From: Octopus bimaculoides
Taxonomy: Eukaryota
Direction of reading: 5' to 3'
Length of the DNA stretch: 64,000 bases
Assembly: GCF_001194135.2 (NCBI RefSeq)
Contig: NC_068985.1
Coordinates: 29,353,657-29,417,656, forward strand
Shown here: positions 62,926 through 64,000 of the stretch, in pieces
Layout of the letters: each line of letters begins with the position of its first letter
Position numbering within the stretch: position 1 is the stretch's first letter
Notes under the pieces: generated by a model
Seen by the model: only the letters and a program-made list of their open reading frames with translations
What the model was told of the DNA's origin: nothing
Databases searched by the model: none
Made by a program: the position numbers and the translations under genes

Positions 62926-63689
62926 ATGCAGAGAAAGAAGGCCAACAGATGAATTAATGGATACGCATTAGCCTCTAGTCCACAGGAATGCTACCTCCTC
63001 TCTTTGTCACTACTACAAAGGTCACTATTCGTTGGACCCAGCTGATCTCATAGTTCCCCCACTTCGGCATCTGTGATCAGTCTCTCTCCAGCTCTCAGCA
63101 TCCTTGCTGTCCTCCTTCCCTAGATCCATACTAACCACTATGCCCACTTTTCCCTCCCAAAAACATTGTCCCTTTGGAATCTCCTCCCTGCTTGTGTGTT
63201 TACCTGCAAAAATTTGAACCGAGCATTAACAGCATCAGGATCATCAGTGTTTGAAAGTCTTCAAAAGTCATGGTCACTGCCCCTTCATTCAAACTCAGTA
63301 AGTGGAAAATAATTTTTTTAAAAAATAGAAAAATAAGGTTTAGTTCTGCAAATATTTCATCTCTTCCCTCTGTGAATCTCAAAGGGTCTACAACAGTCAC
63401 AGATACTGCTTGTCTTTCTCAGACTAAACTGTTAATAGAAAAAACAAAATCCACCACCAACAGCTTTCAATACGACAGAGATGCACTAAAGCAGAACAGT
63501 ACAAATGCTCTATAACAGCATCATCACTATACCCACGGCTTCTATCAAAATATACTAACATCATCAACTGATCAGGCGCTGTTAGAAAGAAATTATTTTT
63601 GCCTTCACATACACTTTCAGATTCATATCTGTGTCGTAGTTGATTTCCTGAAATACAACATATCCATCCAATCAATACACCTACTAATA

Positions 63690-64000
63690 TCATCATCATC
63701 ATCATCATCATCGTTTAACATCCGCTTTCCATGCTAGCGTGGGTTGGACGATTTGACTGAGGACTGGTGAAACCGGATGGCAACACCAGGCTCCAGTCTA
63801 AATTTAGCAGAGTTTCTACAGCTGGATGCCCTTCCTAACGCCAACCACTCAGAGAGTGTAGTAGGTGCTTTTACGTGTCACCTGCACGAAGGCCAGTCAG
63901 GCGATACTGGCAACGGCCACGCTCAAAATGGTGTCTTTTATGTGCCACCCGCACAAGCCAGTCCAGGGGCACTGGCAACGATCTCGCTCGAAAATCCTAC
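63690..64000 (-). mobile_element. Young RTE 3'-end copy running off the window edge
   Basis: Same (CAT)n tail and 3' UTR as the 9410 and 22721 copies, with a few substitutions. Confidence 0.88.

Noticed and set aside
63186-63265. Minus-strand donor CAG|gtaaac preceded by RLSNTDDPDAVNARFKFLQ as a possible upstream GRAMD1 exon
   Set aside because: An in-frame stop lies just upstream, the only acceptor is a weak AAG, and there is no similarity to GRAMD1.

Overview
AT-rich animal genomic DNA from a draft scaffold with seven N gaps. The repeat families resemble those I recall from coleoid cephalopods, most likely Octopus; this is recognition from memory, not a database result. The one well-supported protein-coding gene is a GRAMD1/Aster (GRAMD1B-like) sterol-transport gene on the minus strand. 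Four of its coding exons are present (47221-47305, 27677-27780, 18605-18781, 15377-15532). They splice in frame with canonical GT-AG sites and encode the whole GRAM domain plus the conserved WHWVHISYGEELGLTSSDDDY segment. The N-terminal exons and the VASt/TM exons were not identified in the window. The rest is intronic or intergenic and packed with transposable elements: several RTE-clade LINE subfamilies with (GAT)n tails and a PHD-like finger inside the RT region, at least five tRNA-derived SINE types, and fossils of Penelope-like, mariner, hAT, piggyBac and Helitron elements. A tRNA-Gln(TTG) gene or pseudogene is also present. Most notable observations: (1) a HERO-like restriction-like-endonuclease retrotransposon inserted inside a SINE with a 7-bp target duplication, possibly SINE-targeted; (2) a doubly nested inverted-repeat structure at 55.0-55.6 kb; (3) a roughly 8-kb CpG-retaining domain (53.8-61.9 kb) that may mark the GRAMD1 5' end; (4) an approximately 80-bp duplication flanking a SINE; (5) several fold-back or inverted-repeat structures able to form dsRNA in the pre-mRNA.
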